This document shows positions 1 to 12,424 of a DNA stretch of 34,979 nt, piece after piece. Made by a program: the position numbers and the translations under genes. The notes below the pieces were generated by a model. It was not told the origin of the DNA. It worked only from the letters and a program-made list of their open reading frames with translations, and made no database searches. The DNA lies in NCBI RefSeq assembly GCF_001194135.2, contig NC_068986.1, positions 80,769,295 through 80,804,273 of the forward strand, read 5' to 3'. Each line of letters opens with the position of its first letter. Position 1 is the stretch's first letter. The stretch comes from Octopus bimaculoides. Its lineage: Eukaryota.

Positions 1-83
1 ATATATATATATATATACATGTATGTATGTATGCGTGTGTGTGTGCACATATATACATAGAGTGAGGAAGAGAGAGAGAGAGA

Positions 84-420
84 GTTCAGTCCCACTGCAT
101 GATGCCATGGGTTCATGTCTTCTATAATAGCTTTGAGTTGACCAAAGCCTTGTGAGTGGATTTGGCAGATGTAAATTGAAAGAAATCCATTGTCTGTATG
201 TGTGTGTGTGTGTGTTTATCCCCCAACACGACTTGACGACCAGTGTTGGCATGTTTATGTCCCTGTGTCTTAGCAGTTCCATCTAAGAAACCTATGGAAT
301 AAGTACCATGATTTTAAAAAATAAGTCCTGAGGGCAATTCATTTGACTAAACATTCTTCAAGGTGGTGCCTCAGCATGGCCACAGTCTAATGACTGGAAC
401 AAGTAAAAGATAAAAGATAT
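84..420 (+). mobile_element. SINE family A copy
   Basis: cttgtgagtggatttggcagat...ggtggtgcctcagcatggcc...tgactggaacaagtaaaagataaaaga. Homologous to 5212-5608 on the minus strand. Confidence 0.7.
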
Positions 421-1369
421 TTATGAATTAACAACACATATACTCAACAGTATAGTGACTAAATTTCTTATATATTCATATTATTAATTATACATATTAA
501 TTAGCTAGTGTTAATTATAAATTGATGTTATAATGTATGTGTATACAATTTTAATTATGCATTGCTAGAACCAATTATATATAAGTATTGATTTCTTCTT
601 ATTCGTCACAATATGTCAGTGTGTTGCTGTTGAACATCTGATATAGTGATATTGGGGCCCTACTTAATACAAATGATATGAAAGGTGACAATTGGATTCA
701 AAATCAGGTCAGGGACAGTTCATCTGAAGTTTACTTCCCTTCTATACCACTCACCTTATTTATGTTTTATTAATTAAATATTAATAATCTAATCATATTA
801 ATTTTATTTATACATTTGTATTTTCTCATGACAGCATGGCTAAAAGACTTTTTTTTTTAAATTTGGACATTTGTACATTGTTTGGTGATCGTTATACATC
901 AATGCATTTTCTGCTGCTAACCATTCAACTGTGAAGTGGGTGTGGCACTGCAGTCACTCTATTGTACCATGTTAGACAGCAACACAACTGGATTGACTAT
1001 ACTTTTCCTCATGTCCACATAGGTTGGATGAGTCTGCAGTACTATGATACATATCATTATTACACCACTTAGTTTTTTGTTATTTCATTTGTAGGGAGCC
1101 TGACAACCTAATTTCACACCTCTTCACATTTACTTCATGTTTTCTTTGGTCTTCCACTACCTAACTAGCCTTTCTGTTACCACCACGACTAACAACTCTC
1201 ATCATTCAATCATATCACCTACCTTTCTGTCACGTGTCTGCTGACATCTTTCCTAAACAGCTTCCCAGTTGCCTCATTTCTATCCCACCTGAGTCAACTT
1301 GACCCTATCCATAATGTCACAGTTTCTTATTCATACATGTCTTATACAGTCTGTCATTTACATTGAGTT

Positions 1370-1535
1370 AGATGCAGCTTTGTCCAGATGGTTAAGAAGT
1401 TCTCTTCACAACCATATTCTTCAGAGTTCATTCCAACTACATGGCACAGTTGTTCAGTGTTTTTTACTAAAATCTTAGGTTGACCGATGTCTTGTGAGTG
1501 GAATTGGTATTCAGAAACTGTAAGAAACCTATTGT
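1370..1535 (+). mobile_element. Degenerate SINE family A 5' fragment
   Basis: ggttaagaagttctcttcacaacc...cttgtgagtggaattggta...gaaacctattgtgtatg. Confidence 0.5.
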
Positions 1536-1599
1536 GTATGTGTGTGTGTGTGTATCATCATTATCATCATCGTTTAATATCTGCTTGCCATACTGGCAT

Positions 1600-1655
<56 letters not shown>

Positions 1656-1952
1656 TATATATATGAGTGCCATGTTAGAACACTTAATACTGCATTATTA
1701 GCCTCAAAGGATCTTTCATATAGGCAGTTGATGCATAAAAGCACACACATAGATCATAACAGATGAAATTGGTCTGTCATTGGCACTGGAATTCCCATAT
1801 CACATGACTTTGTTCTATTGGAACTTATCAGTAAGGAGGACCAGGTGACTGCATGATAACCAGATCTTACTGCTACGATATATAGAATTTCATCATCTTT
1901 TCAGATGCTGATGTCACAGCTGGCTTATTAAAAATTAATTATTAGCGACAGA

Positions 1953-2206
1953 TGTAAAAAGCACCATTCAAGCATGGTCGATGCCAGTGCTGCCTGACTG
2001 GCCCTCGTGCCGGTGACACATAAAAAGCACCTTACTACACTCTTGGAGTGGTTGGTGTTAGGAAGGGCATCCAGGGCATCCAGCTGTAGAAACCTTGCCA
2101 GATCAGACTGGAGCCTGGTGCAGCCTTCTGGCTTTCCAGCCCTCAGTCAAACCGTCCAACCCATGCCAGCATGGAAAGCAGACCTTAAACAATGATGATA
2201 ATGATG
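1953..2206 (+). mobile_element. RTE-type 3' tail / RTE-related SINE copy
   Basis: taaaaagcacc...ggaagggcatccag...ccatgccagcatggaaagcagaccttaaacaatgatgat; same tail as 27117-27292. Confidence 0.75.
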
Positions 2207-2510
2207 AATTTTGTCTGCTATGATCTATGTGTGTGCTTTTATGCACCAAATGCCTATATAAGAGAATCTCTCACGGCTAATAACATAGTATTTGGTGTTC
2301 TAATAAGGTGTCCAAGTGGAGCTGGCTATAAAGATTACCTTTTGGTATTGATGCTGCTTCTGTTGCCAATAATTTCTAACAAAGCCTGCTGGCTGTCTGC
2401 AACATCAACATCTGAAAAGATGCTGGAATTCTGTATATTGCATAGAATATAAGAAGTGAGAGGACAAACACAAACACATACATGCATTCATGCATACATT
2501 CATACATACA

Positions 2511-2542
<32 letters not shown>

Positions 2543-2996
2543 ATAAAAATTAACAAATGAGTTATCTGGTATTGATGCAATTGTTCCTGTTAAGAGTCCT
2601 TATTCTGATGTAAACAGGGCACAGTCAGTTTGTAGTATGCACGACATCTAAAAGATTATATAATATGTTAAGCAACCCTGAACTCATCAGGTTTACCAAA
2701 TAAAAAAAGTGAACAGTAACATGTTAATTCATCAAAAGATCATCAACCCAACGCATCTGTTTTTATTATGCTTTTACACCATGCTTAAGGTTCTATTCAT
2801 CATCGGATACTTTTGGACATTACTAGAGTTGCAGATTACCAAATGGCAGTGACTTCCCTTCCTCGATACATTCCTGTTCTATGAAAATGGATTACTTAAC
2901 TGCCTGATTTGTATCATTCTGTTTACCCAATAGTTGCAGTGTACTTCACTCTAATATGCCTGGATCCTTTGTGCATACACTGCAATCAAATACTTC

Positions 2997-3029
<33 letters not shown>

Positions 3030-3404
3030 NNNNNNNNNNNNNNNNNNNNNNNNNNNNNNNNNNNNNNNNNNNNNNNNNNNNNNNNNNNNNNNNNNNNNNN
3101 NNNNNNNNNNNNNNNNNNNNTATATATATAGGTGCCTTGTTAGAACACTGGATGCTGCGTTATTAGCCTTGAAATGGCCATAATGTATTGACACCTGTAC
3201 ATCCTTGTTACTTATCTATATATATATATATTAAATACGTGTGTGTGTGTGTGTATACATATATAAATAATTATTCAGACTTTGGGTATAACGTAACCAG
3301 ATGTACTATATCCCACCTGTAAGGGACAGATGCAGGATGGGTCAAAATGATCATTGTGCTGAATAAAGATTCTGGCTAAATCCATTTTCCAGCGTTTCCC
3401 TCAT

Positions 3405-3597
3405 TCATGATATGTTGTGTGTGTGTGTATACGTGCACACATACACAGTTTCCATCAATCAAATTTACTGACAAGGTACTGGTCATCCTGGGGCTATAGT
3501 AGTATAGTAGAAGATACTTGTACATGACACCATGAAGTGGTACTGAACCTGAGAACACATGGCTGTGAGGCAAACTTCTAAACCTTACACCCATACC
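3405..3597 (-). mobile_element. SINE family A 5' fragment
   Basis: cagtttccatc...ctatagtagaagatacttg...ctgaacctgagaacacatggctgtgaggcaaacttc matches 5495-5608. Confidence 0.6.
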
Positions 3598-3616
3598 TAC
3601 ACCTATACTATGCAGA

Positions 3617-3670
<54 letters not shown>

Positions 3671-4139
3671 AGAGAGAGAGAGAGTTACTGTTATAAATAC
3701 TACATATATATGTGGCTTGTTACCACTGAACATACCATGCATATGTGGTTAGTCATCTGTTCTGTGTATCAAAAACAGTACAACTGTTTGACTTACTCAG
3801 CAACAATAATAGTGAGTTGCAGTAGTCCTCAACCATTTGTTATCTATGGACTCTCTTGATTACTATCTTATGATACTATCATTGATTACTATCCTGTGGA
3901 CCCCACTAGACATTCAATGTTTAAAAACTAGTTTTAATGATATTTCTTTGAAAATTGCTATTTTGATTTTCACATGTTCACTTGTATAGGCTTGCAATAG
4001 AACTCTCTGAGAGAACATGTTTCAGTGGCTGGAAACATGTTAAACTATGTATAACATTAGAAAAAGTCTCTAACATTTTGTCTAACACAAGATCACCTCC
4101 AATGCCCATTCCCCTCTCCAAGATTCCTTGTCTTGCAAG

Positions 4140-4446
4140 TTACTTGGTAACCTTTCCAGTGCTGATGCCACATAAAAAGCATCCAGTCAACATTGTAAAG
4201 TGGCTGGCATTTGGAAGGGCATCCAACTATAGAAACCATGCCAAAACTGACCTTGCCTGTGTTGGTGTCATGTAAAAAGCCCTTTGTCCACTCTGCGAGA
4301 TGGATGATGTTAAGAAGGGTATCCAGCTGTAAAATCCATGCCAAAACAGAGACAGAAGTCTGGTGCAGTCTTCTACCTAGCTGGTTCCTGTCAAACCATC
4401 CATCCCATGCCAGCATGGAAGGCAGACACTAAGTGATGATGATGAT
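4140..4446 (+). mobile_element. RTE-type 3' tail with an internal partial duplication
   Basis: Two successive aaaaagc...gaaggg(c/t)atcca...aa(a)ccatgccaaaac blocks, ending gccagcatggaaggcagacactaagtgatgatgat. Confidence 0.7.
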
Positions 4447-5211
4447 TTGGCTGTTTCTTGCAATAAATACATCTTAATCAAAACCTTTCATGGGCCCATA
4501 AAATATTACTGTGGATCTCCAGGTTACCATTTTGCTTATGTGGACCCCCCCCCCCCNNNNNNNNNNNNNNNNNNNNNNNNNNNNNNNNNNNNNNNNNNNN
4601 NNNNNNNNNNNNNNNNNNNNNNNNNNNNNNNNNNNNNNNNNNNNNNNNNNNNNNNNNNNNNNNNNNNNNNNNNNNNNNNNNNNNNNNNNNNNNNNNNNNN
4701 NNNNNNNNNNNNNNNNNNNNNNNNNNNNNNNNNNNNNNNNNNNNNNNNNNNNNNNNNNNNNNNNNNNNNNNNNNNNNNNNNNNNNNNNNNNNNNNNNNNN
4801 NNNNNNNNNNNNNNNNNNNNNNNNNNNNNNNNNNNNNNNNNNNNNNNNNNNNNNNNNNNNNNNNNNNNNNNNNNNNNNNNNNNNNNNNNNNNNNNNNNNN
4901 NNNNNNNNNNNNNNNNNNNNNNNNNNNNNNNNNNNNNNNNNNNNNNNNNNNNNNNNNNNNNNNNNNNNNNNNNNNNNNNNNNNNNNNNNNNNNNNNNNNN
5001 NNNNNNNNNNNNNNNNNNNNNNNNNNNNNNNNNNNNNNNNNNNNNNNNNNNNNNNNNNNNNNNNNNNNNNNNNNNNNNNNNNNNNNCAATATTATCAAAA
5101 TTATGATGTTTTTTTTATTGATCAATTGTGATATTTGTTTTTCATTTCTCTTCCTGAAATATCCAAATCAGTTTTTTTAATTTATTTTATCACATTTTGT
5201 TGTAAGATGGT

Positions 5212-5608
5212 ACTCTTTACTCCTTTACTCTCTTACTTGTGCTCCAAGTAAGAGTAAGGCAGTGCGGCCATGCTGGAGCACTGCCTTAAAGGGCTTTTTA
5301 GTTGAAGAAATCAAACTCAGAACTTATTCTTTGTAAGCCTAGTACTTATTCTATCAGTATCTTTTGCCAAACTGCTTAGTTACGGGGACATAAGTATGCT
5401 AACATCAGTTGTCAAGTGATAGTGTGGTGGTGGTGGGGGGACATACAAAGACACACACACACATTTATACATATATATATGGATGACAGGCTTCCAGTTT
5501 CCATCTACCAAATCCACTCACAAGGCTTTGGTTGGCCCAAAGCCATAGTAGAAGACACCTGCCCAAGCTATCACATGGTGAGACTGAACTCAGAACCATG
5601 TGATTGTG
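5212..5608 (-). mobile_element. SINE family A copy (near complete)
   Basis: Reverse complement of the family at 84-420 (ggccatgctggagcactgcc; ccaaatccactcacaaggctttgg). Confidence 0.75.
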
Positions 5609-6084
5609 AAGTGGTGTTCATGGTGGTGGTGGTGCTAGTAATGATGGCTGGTGGTGGTGATGGTGTCAGTGTTGGTGGGGTTTATGACGATGATGATGAT
5701 GTATGTAATGATAACTTCAAGCCTCATTAATAGCAGGGCCATAAGTATTTAAATTTCTGTGTACCGTAATATCCCTTCGACCCCCCCCCCCCNNNNNNNN
5801 NNNNNNNNNNNNNNNNNNNNNNNNNNNNNNNNNNNNNNCCCCCCGCCATTTTTCTTATTCCCGTATGCCTATTAGTAGGACATCAGGCTGGTATATGGTA
5901 AGTATAAAACATCACGATAATAAACAAACAAAAAAATAAGATTAAAACCTTAGCTAACCTATAAAGAAACTGTTGAAATTATCTCCCCTTTCTTTTAAAC
6001 TTGGTGATTATCTACTTTCTTACTTTACTTATGTCAAGTGATCAAAAAAGGCTTCATAAACTGTGATATGTATTGAGTTCTAAT

Positions 6085-6720
6085 AAGATAGGAACATATC
6101 TGTGACTATTACCAGCTTTACCTGTCAAATATTTTCACTATATTCTACCAAGTATAAAACATCTGCTTCAACTATAGCAAGTGTTTATATTGTACCTAGT
6201 ACAAAATACCTATTTTAATTATAATTAGTATTTATACTCTATTGTACGTAGTATAAAACACCTGTTTCAATGATACCTACGATTTATATTGTATCGTATC
6301 GAGTATAAAATATCTAAGTCAACTATAGTTAGTGTTTATTTTGTATTGTCAAAGATCAAAAGCCCTTCCTGAGCGATAAGGCTCATAAGGCCGGTTTCCT
6401 GGATTCTGTGGCGATATAATTTCCTCCTGGATGGGACACCAGCCTGTTGCAAGATTACTTGTTTTTGCCAGCTGAGTGAACTGGAGCAATGTGAAATGAA
6501 GTGTTTTGCTCAAGAATACACTGGTCCAGGAATCAAAGCCACAATCTTATGATCATGAGTGCAACACCTGAACTACTAAGCTATATCCCTCCACATTTTG
6601 TACTGCACCTAGTATAAATTTGCTATTTCAACTATACTTAGTATTTATACTCTTTTGTACCTAATATAAATATTTATTCCAGCTATAGCTACTCTTTATA
6701 CTCTGTTGTACTTAGTATAG
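6085..6720. repeat. Degenerate ~47-bp minisatellite (agtataaaac...aactatag...tttatattgtacct)
   Basis: Recurring agtataaa, ctatag and tttata..tgtac blocks on both sides of the SINE at 6352-6592. Confidence 0.6.
6352..6592 (-). mobile_element. SINE family B copy inserted in a minisatellite
   Basis: Reverse complement of 24771-25010 (ctcataaggccggtttcc; ctgagtgaactggagcaatgtgaaatgaagtgttttgctcaag). Confidence 0.75.
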
Positions 6721-6721
6721 T

Positions 6722-7120
6722 ATGAGAATCCATCAACAATGCCAATCATATACAAACATCATATAACCTGCCTTTCACTCTGAGCAAGAGTCTTTTTGTT
6801 GCCAACAGAGGTAATAGTTCTCTGAACTTCTTCCATCCTATTCTTATTCTAGCAATAATACTTTCAGAGCATCCTCCACCACTGCTAATTTGATCACCTA
6901 GGTAACAGAAACTATTTACAGTCTTGTGGGAGCCTCCTGGGCATTTAAGAGAATCTAATTCCTATGTGTCCTTAGTGCTTATTGTTCTTGTGCATCTGCC
7001 ACATACAAAGATGACTCTCTCTGTTAACCTATCTGTGATTCTACTGCACCTCTTATGCGTCTACAGCTTGCACTGGATGCAGCACCTTTCCTACATTTAC
7101 TTGATGGAAAGTGAATTTTA
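6722..7120 (-). mobile_element. RTE-clade LINE fragment (Cys-rich insert and post-RT region)
   Basis: Minus-strand frames give CRKG..CIQCKL*THKRCS, FVCGRC, NSFCYLGDQISSGGGCSESIIARIRIGWKKFRELLPLLATK, RVKGRLYD. Confidence 0.85.
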
Positions 7121-7581
7121 CCTGCTTATTTGCTAACAACAACTTTGATCTATATATAGACATATATATATATATATATANNNNNNNNNNNNNNNNNNNN
7201 NNNNNNNNNNNNNNNNNNNNNNNNNNNNNNNNNNNNNNNNNNNNNNNNNNNNNNNNNNNNNNNNNNNNNNNNNNNNNNNNNNNNNNNNNNNNNNNNNNNN
7301 NNNNNNNNNNNNNNNNNNNNNNNNNNNNNNNNNNNNNNNNNNNNNNNNNNNNNNNNNNNNNNNNNNNNNNNNNNNNNNNNNNNNNNNNNNNNNNNNNNNN
7401 NNNNNNNNNNNNNNNNNNNNNNNNNNNNNNNNNNNNNNNNNNNNNNNNNNNNNNNNNNNNNNNNNNNNNNNNNNNNNNNNNNNNNNNNNNNNNNNNNNNN
7501 NNNNNNNNNNNNNNNNNNNNNNNNNNNNNNNNNNNNNNNNNNNNNNNNNNNNNNNNNNNNNNNNNNNNNNNNNNNNNNNNN

Positions 7582-7703
7582 AGCTGTTTCGGCCTAGTTT
7601 TAGCAAGCCCCATTCTATCCGAATATTCCTTTCCGGAGTGATTATTGGACAACATTTTGAAATGGGGTTACATGCCCGAACCACTAGGCCTCTTCAGAGA
7701 TTC
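7582..7703 (-). ncRNA. Hammerhead ribozyme motif (type I, Penelope-pLTR-like), 3' end lost in N gap
   Basis: Minus strand reads GAAUCU-CUGAAGA-GGCCUAG-[86 nt]-CUAGGCC-GAAAC-AGCU-NNN. Core CUGANGA and GAAA are present, stem II is a perfect 7 bp, and the stem III loop is palindromic. Confidence 0.72.
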
Positions 7704-8029
7704 ACAAAGAGTTTCATACAAATGTAGAGCAAGAGGTAAAAACAGAGGTGTGGTAGAGACCAGAAGAAAAACAACAGCAAAAATAAGATAGAAATAAAAA
7801 TAGAATTAAAATCAAAATAAAAATAAAAATAAGAACAAAAATAAAAATAAGGGTACAGCAGGAAAAAAAAAATAATAATAAAGAATACATAAATGAAAAA
7901 TGAAGGTATAGCATGTGGGACTGCACCTAGTATAGCACTAGTGTAGCAATAATTGGGTACCCTCCCAGCAGTATACTGGATAGATACTATCCCTTAGTGG
8001 GTTGAACCCCCAACCCCTAACTCTCTCAC

Positions 8030-8073
<44 letters not shown>

Positions 8074-8114
8074 TACATATCTATATATTTATATATTTTA
8101 CATGTAGTATAGTT

Positions 8115-9394
8115 TTAGAGCTGCCACCATCAATGTTATCATACTGAAAGGTAGATCAGGTGTGTTAGGGGAGTTGATGTATGCTTTGTATGAAAGATAA
8201 GATTTTTAAAAAATGGTTTTTAGCCAAAGCCCTCACTGGTAAAGAACAACAGAACAAATTTTTCTGGGTTGGTAGCAGCAATGAAGTGGATGGTATAGGT
8301 ATATTAATAGCTGAGGAATGAATAGATAAAGTAATTGAGATATTGAAAGTGAATGATAGGATAATTAAGTTTAGACTAACTATTGGCAATTTGACAGTAA
8401 TACTCTTTCTTCTATAGGCAAAAAGCCTGAAATTTTGTGGAAGGAGGCTAGTCTATTACATCAGTCTCAGTCCTCAACTAGTATTTATCTAATTTATTGA
8501 CTTTGAAATGATGGGAGGCAAAGTTAACCTCAGCAGAATTTGAACTCGGAACATAAAAACATATGAAATGCCATTAAGCATTTTGCATGGTGTACTAATG
8601 ATTCTGCCAGATTTCTGCTTAATTTGACAGTAATTCTGATCTCTGTATACATACTGCAGCAAAGCAGGCCAATCAATCAAAAGACCACTTCTATGTGATC
8701 CTTCTACAGACTACTTCAATGATGAATGACAGTGTCCTCATTATTGTTACTTGTGACTTTAATGCACATGTTGGACTAAATGATGAGATCTTCCAAACTG
8801 TACATGACAGCTATGGATATGGTATTAAGGAATGAGGAGGGATCAAGGCTCTTGAAGTTCTGTGATGCAAATCGTCTAAAGATTTGCAACACTATCTTCA
8901 GGAAATCAGCCAGCTTCCTGATCATGTATCACACAAGCAAACTCATGAACCAAACAGGCTTCATTCTCTACAGAAAATAAGACAGATGGTTGGTTTTTGA
9001 AGAATGTGCTATCAAGTACAAGTTAATGATTAGTAACTTTAGAAGAAGATCTAGATGGATACAGAGTTTAGAGAAGAAAGATATGGAAGCTTAAAGAGCC
9101 ATCAAACTATCAGCATTTCAGATATGCATAAGTTGAAGCATTTGAAGAGAAGGAAGAGGAGAGAGAGACCTGTAACATGGAAGAAAATTGGGATTTTCTA
9201 TGAGACAACCTGCTAAGGCCTCAAACCAAATGTGTGACTGGCGCAAGGTCCCAACCTTGTGGAAGGTGACATTGAAGTGAAATACTGCTGTTGATAGAGT
9301 CATCTACTTCTTCCAAACTTGGATATACTACAAGAAGAGGGGTTACATAAAAAACAAACTATGAAGAAGATAAGAGAAACAAAACATCAAGTAT

Positions 9395-9434
<40 letters not shown>

Positions 9435-9640
9435 CAGAAAGAAAATAACCTTGCATATATTTTGCAATGTGCGAATCAGAATTGTGAGGTGTTCAGAAGT
9501 GCTAGGTTGTGCACAAGAGAAAATTGAGATCTCATTGGGGAGATGTGTATATGAAATGATAATGGCATATTTGCTCTCATTGATGTTAAAAAGAAAGAGA
9601 CATGGAAATACTACAATAGGAATTTGCTAAACGTAGACCC
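8115..9640 (+). mobile_element. Degenerate RTE-clade LINE, APE endonuclease region, interrupted by a SINE and a (GA)n tract
   Basis: Broken frames give TINVIILKGRSG, KFFWVGSSNEVDGIGILIAEE, DRIIKFRL, DFNAHVG, RNEEGSRLLKFCDANRLKICNTIFRK, WKLKEP, KHQVYLA. Confidence 0.85.
8478..8635 (-). mobile_element. SINE family C copy inserted into the RTE fragment
   Basis: ggcaaagttaacctcagcagaatttgaactc...aagcattttgc...aatgattctgccag. Confidence 0.7.
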
Positions 9641-9696
9641 AACATAAGAATCAGCCATATATATATATATATATATTTATATATTATTTTCAAATT

Positions 9697-9830
9697 TTGG
9701 CACAAGGCTAACAGTTTTGTGGGAGGGGGTAAGTTGATTACATCGACCCCAGTGCTCAACTCGTACTTATTTTATCAACCCTGAAAGGATGAAAGGCAAA
9801 GTCAACCTCAGCAGAATTTGAACTCAAAAA
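9697..9830 (-). mobile_element. SINE family C copy
   Basis: gattacatcgaccccagtg...gaaaggatgaaaggcaaagtcaacctcagcagaatttgaactc. Confidence 0.75.
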
Positions 9831-10090
9831 TGTACGAGTTCATATTTGAGAAAAGTTTTTATGAATGCAATTACTACAATATATCAAAGACTGTGTATAA
9901 TGTTTTTAATAAAACCTGTCTCTTGATTGCGTTTGTGTTTGCATGAGGTTGCATCAAAAAGTGTATGCATATGAGTTGTGAATACCATTTACGTTGATAA
10001 TGTACCTGGTAGGAACTGGAAAAGAACTTAGTGATCATATTCCAGATCTATTTATTGCTATAGCAAGATTCAAAATGACAAAGAGTTTGT

Positions 10091-10637
10091 TTAAGCCTTT
10101 TAGCATCCAAGTTACTCTGTCAAATGCAATGCTTATTTATTCACATTGTTTTTAAATAATCATGCATTATCTCGTGGCTTTGAGATTTTGATGTGATTGT
10201 ATTTGTTTAGAACTAGGGTGGGGGAACCTTTTCAACCAATTACCCCAATATATATATATATTTACACCGATGTTACCCCCTTGATTTGAAAGGAAGAAAA
10301 TAATAGATTCTTAGAATTCAGAAGGTTTATTGAATTTATTTATGTGAATCTATTTACACGTTCATTACATTGAACAGATACAATGTTGTCGGAAGAAACA
10401 TTTTTGTCATTACAAGGAACATGTTTTTTATGTAATTTTACTTATGTCTAATGAGTCCTCATTACACCCAAGAATTTCATTTTTACCCCACTTGGGGTAA
10501 TTTGCCCTGGTTCACTGACCCTTGGTTTAATATGATACTGTAGGATAGGGGTGAGAGGCTGCACCTGGCTGATTTGAACATAAAACCAATAAAATATTCC
10601 TGTAGGAAATGGCTAGTTTAAATGCTAAGAAGGTTAA
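10091..10637 (+). mobile_element. piggyBac-type MITE split by a nested hAT MITE
   Basis: TTAA-gccttttagcat...aatgctaagaagg-TTAA. It aligns to the other two copies once 10213-10532 is removed. Confidence 0.75.
10213..10524. mobile_element. hAT-type MITE with 8-bp target site duplication
   Basis: Termini ctagggtgggggaacc / ggttcactgacccttg. TSD gtttagaa (10205-10212) / gtttaata (10525-10532). The paralogous MITEs show the empty site. Confidence 0.75.
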
Positions 10638-11465
10638 GAAACATAGAGAAATATGTCATTTGATTAGTTGAAATCAGTCATGTGACCAGACTGTATTGTT
10701 TTGCTGCTATGTTAGTTATGTATTTTGGTCCTAGTTGTACCCCAAAATAGACTTTAACCAATCAAAATGGATATAAGCAGTTTAGGTTGTTTGAAGCTGC
10801 AGTTGTAAATAATAACCAATGGAATCACAGCTAATGTGCATGTAATGGTTGAACAAGGCTAAACTGAATGTGAGCAAAAATTTATGTGCAGCCATGTATA
10901 CGTGTGTATAAATTTGACTATGTGTATGTGAGCATCAGCTTATGGATATTCTCACTGTGTCTTTGTGTTCGTGCTATTTTTCGTATTGTGCAGAAAAGGT
11001 GTGAAACAAGTATGAAAGACCAAGAGGAGCAGAAAATGGTCACAAAGTTTTGTAATACATCAACAGCCTGGTTTTTGATATTGTTCTTTTGTATCAGTGT
11101 CAGAAACTAGGTTGTACAGAATACAGAAATTTTTTGATAAAATTTGCTGATAGTTTGTAGTATATAATCAAGAAAAAGAACAAAAATAAATATACCTGAT
11201 GTGGCGTATATACTTACACATCATGCATTTTATCATAAAATTTAAAAAAACGTTTTAAGTTTTGATTAATGAAAGTTTACAGATTGTTTTATTTGTTGAC
11301 AATAGTTACAATTCAAAATGGCCACATTCTCCTTTCCTTATAACCCTTAACCTTTTCTCAACTGAAGTGTATGATTTATGTTTAAATATAATGAGTAAAT
11401 ATATATGCCACACCCTGTAATTGTGTGTGTGCATGTGTGTACGTGCATACCTGCATGTATAATGT

Positions 11466-11546
11466 TTGCACTATGTAAAATATATTACTGATATGCTTTA
11501 CTGTGGTTATATTGCTACTCACACACACACACACACACATATATAT

Positions 11547-11607
<61 letters not shown>

Positions 11608-11915
11608 NNNNNNNNNNNNNNNNNNNNNNNNNNNNNNNNNNNNNNNNNNNNNNNNNNNNNNNNNNNNNNNNNNNNNNNNNNNNNNNNNNNNNNNNNNNNN
11701 NNNNNNNNNNNNNNNNNNNNNNNNNNNNNNNNNNNNNNNNNNNNNNNNNNNNNNNNNNNNNNNNNNNNNNNNNNNNNNNNNNNNNNNNNNNNNNNNNNNN
11801 NNNNNNNNNNNNNNNNNNNNNNNNNNNNNNNNNNNNNNNNNNNNNNNNNNNNNNNNNNNNNNNNNNNNNNNNNNNNNNNNNNNNNNNNNNNNNNNNNNNN
11901 NNNNNNNNNNNNNNN

Positions 11916-11987
<72 letters not shown>

Positions 11988-12030
11988 ATATGTATGTATT
12001 TATGTATATAGGCATACATCCATGTATATA
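11466..12030. repeat. Compound (CA)n/(TA)n/(TG)n microsatellite around an N gap, representative of many such tracts in the window
   Basis: Directly visible. Similar tracts at 1-84, 1603-1664, 3000-3130, 3620-3685, 8030-8100, 17765-17850, 21850-22011. Confidence 0.95.
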
Positions 12031-12137
12031 TGAAAGGTACAGTTATAGACTTACATAACTGTATCAGTCAATAAATATAGCTATCTATTTCCAATGATAT
12101 TGAGGTCTATGTGTTTTGTCATCACGTGCAGTTTGTC

Positions 12138-12271
12138 ATCATCATCATCAACATCATTTAACGTCCATCTTCCATGCTGGCATGGGTTGGACAATTTGAC
12201 AGGAGCTGGCAACCCACAAGACTGCACCCTGCTCTACTGTATACTTAGGTAAGGTTTTTACGGCTGGATGC
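12138..12271 (-). mobile_element. RTE-type 3' tail copy
   Basis: (cat)n-ttaacgtccatcttccatgctggcatgggttgga, the reverse complement of the tail. Confidence 0.75.
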
Positions 12272-12424
12272 CTGTCTTGACAGTAAGACCCGGCAAGCCA
12301 AGTGAGACCGTAATTGTGGCCTATGCCAGTGCAACATAACTGGCCCATTTAAGACTACCTTTCAGTCATTGGGCAATAAACTGTGCTTGCGAAGACCTAT
12401 TGAGTCGAGTAAAGTCATTGTCAT

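Noticed and set aside
2339-2430. Minus-strand exon-like segment (NSSIFSDVDVADSQQALLEIIGNRSS...)
   Set aside because: The same sequence occurs in inverted, frame-broken form at 1878-1952, so it is better explained as part of the local repeat family. No neighbouring exons connect to it.
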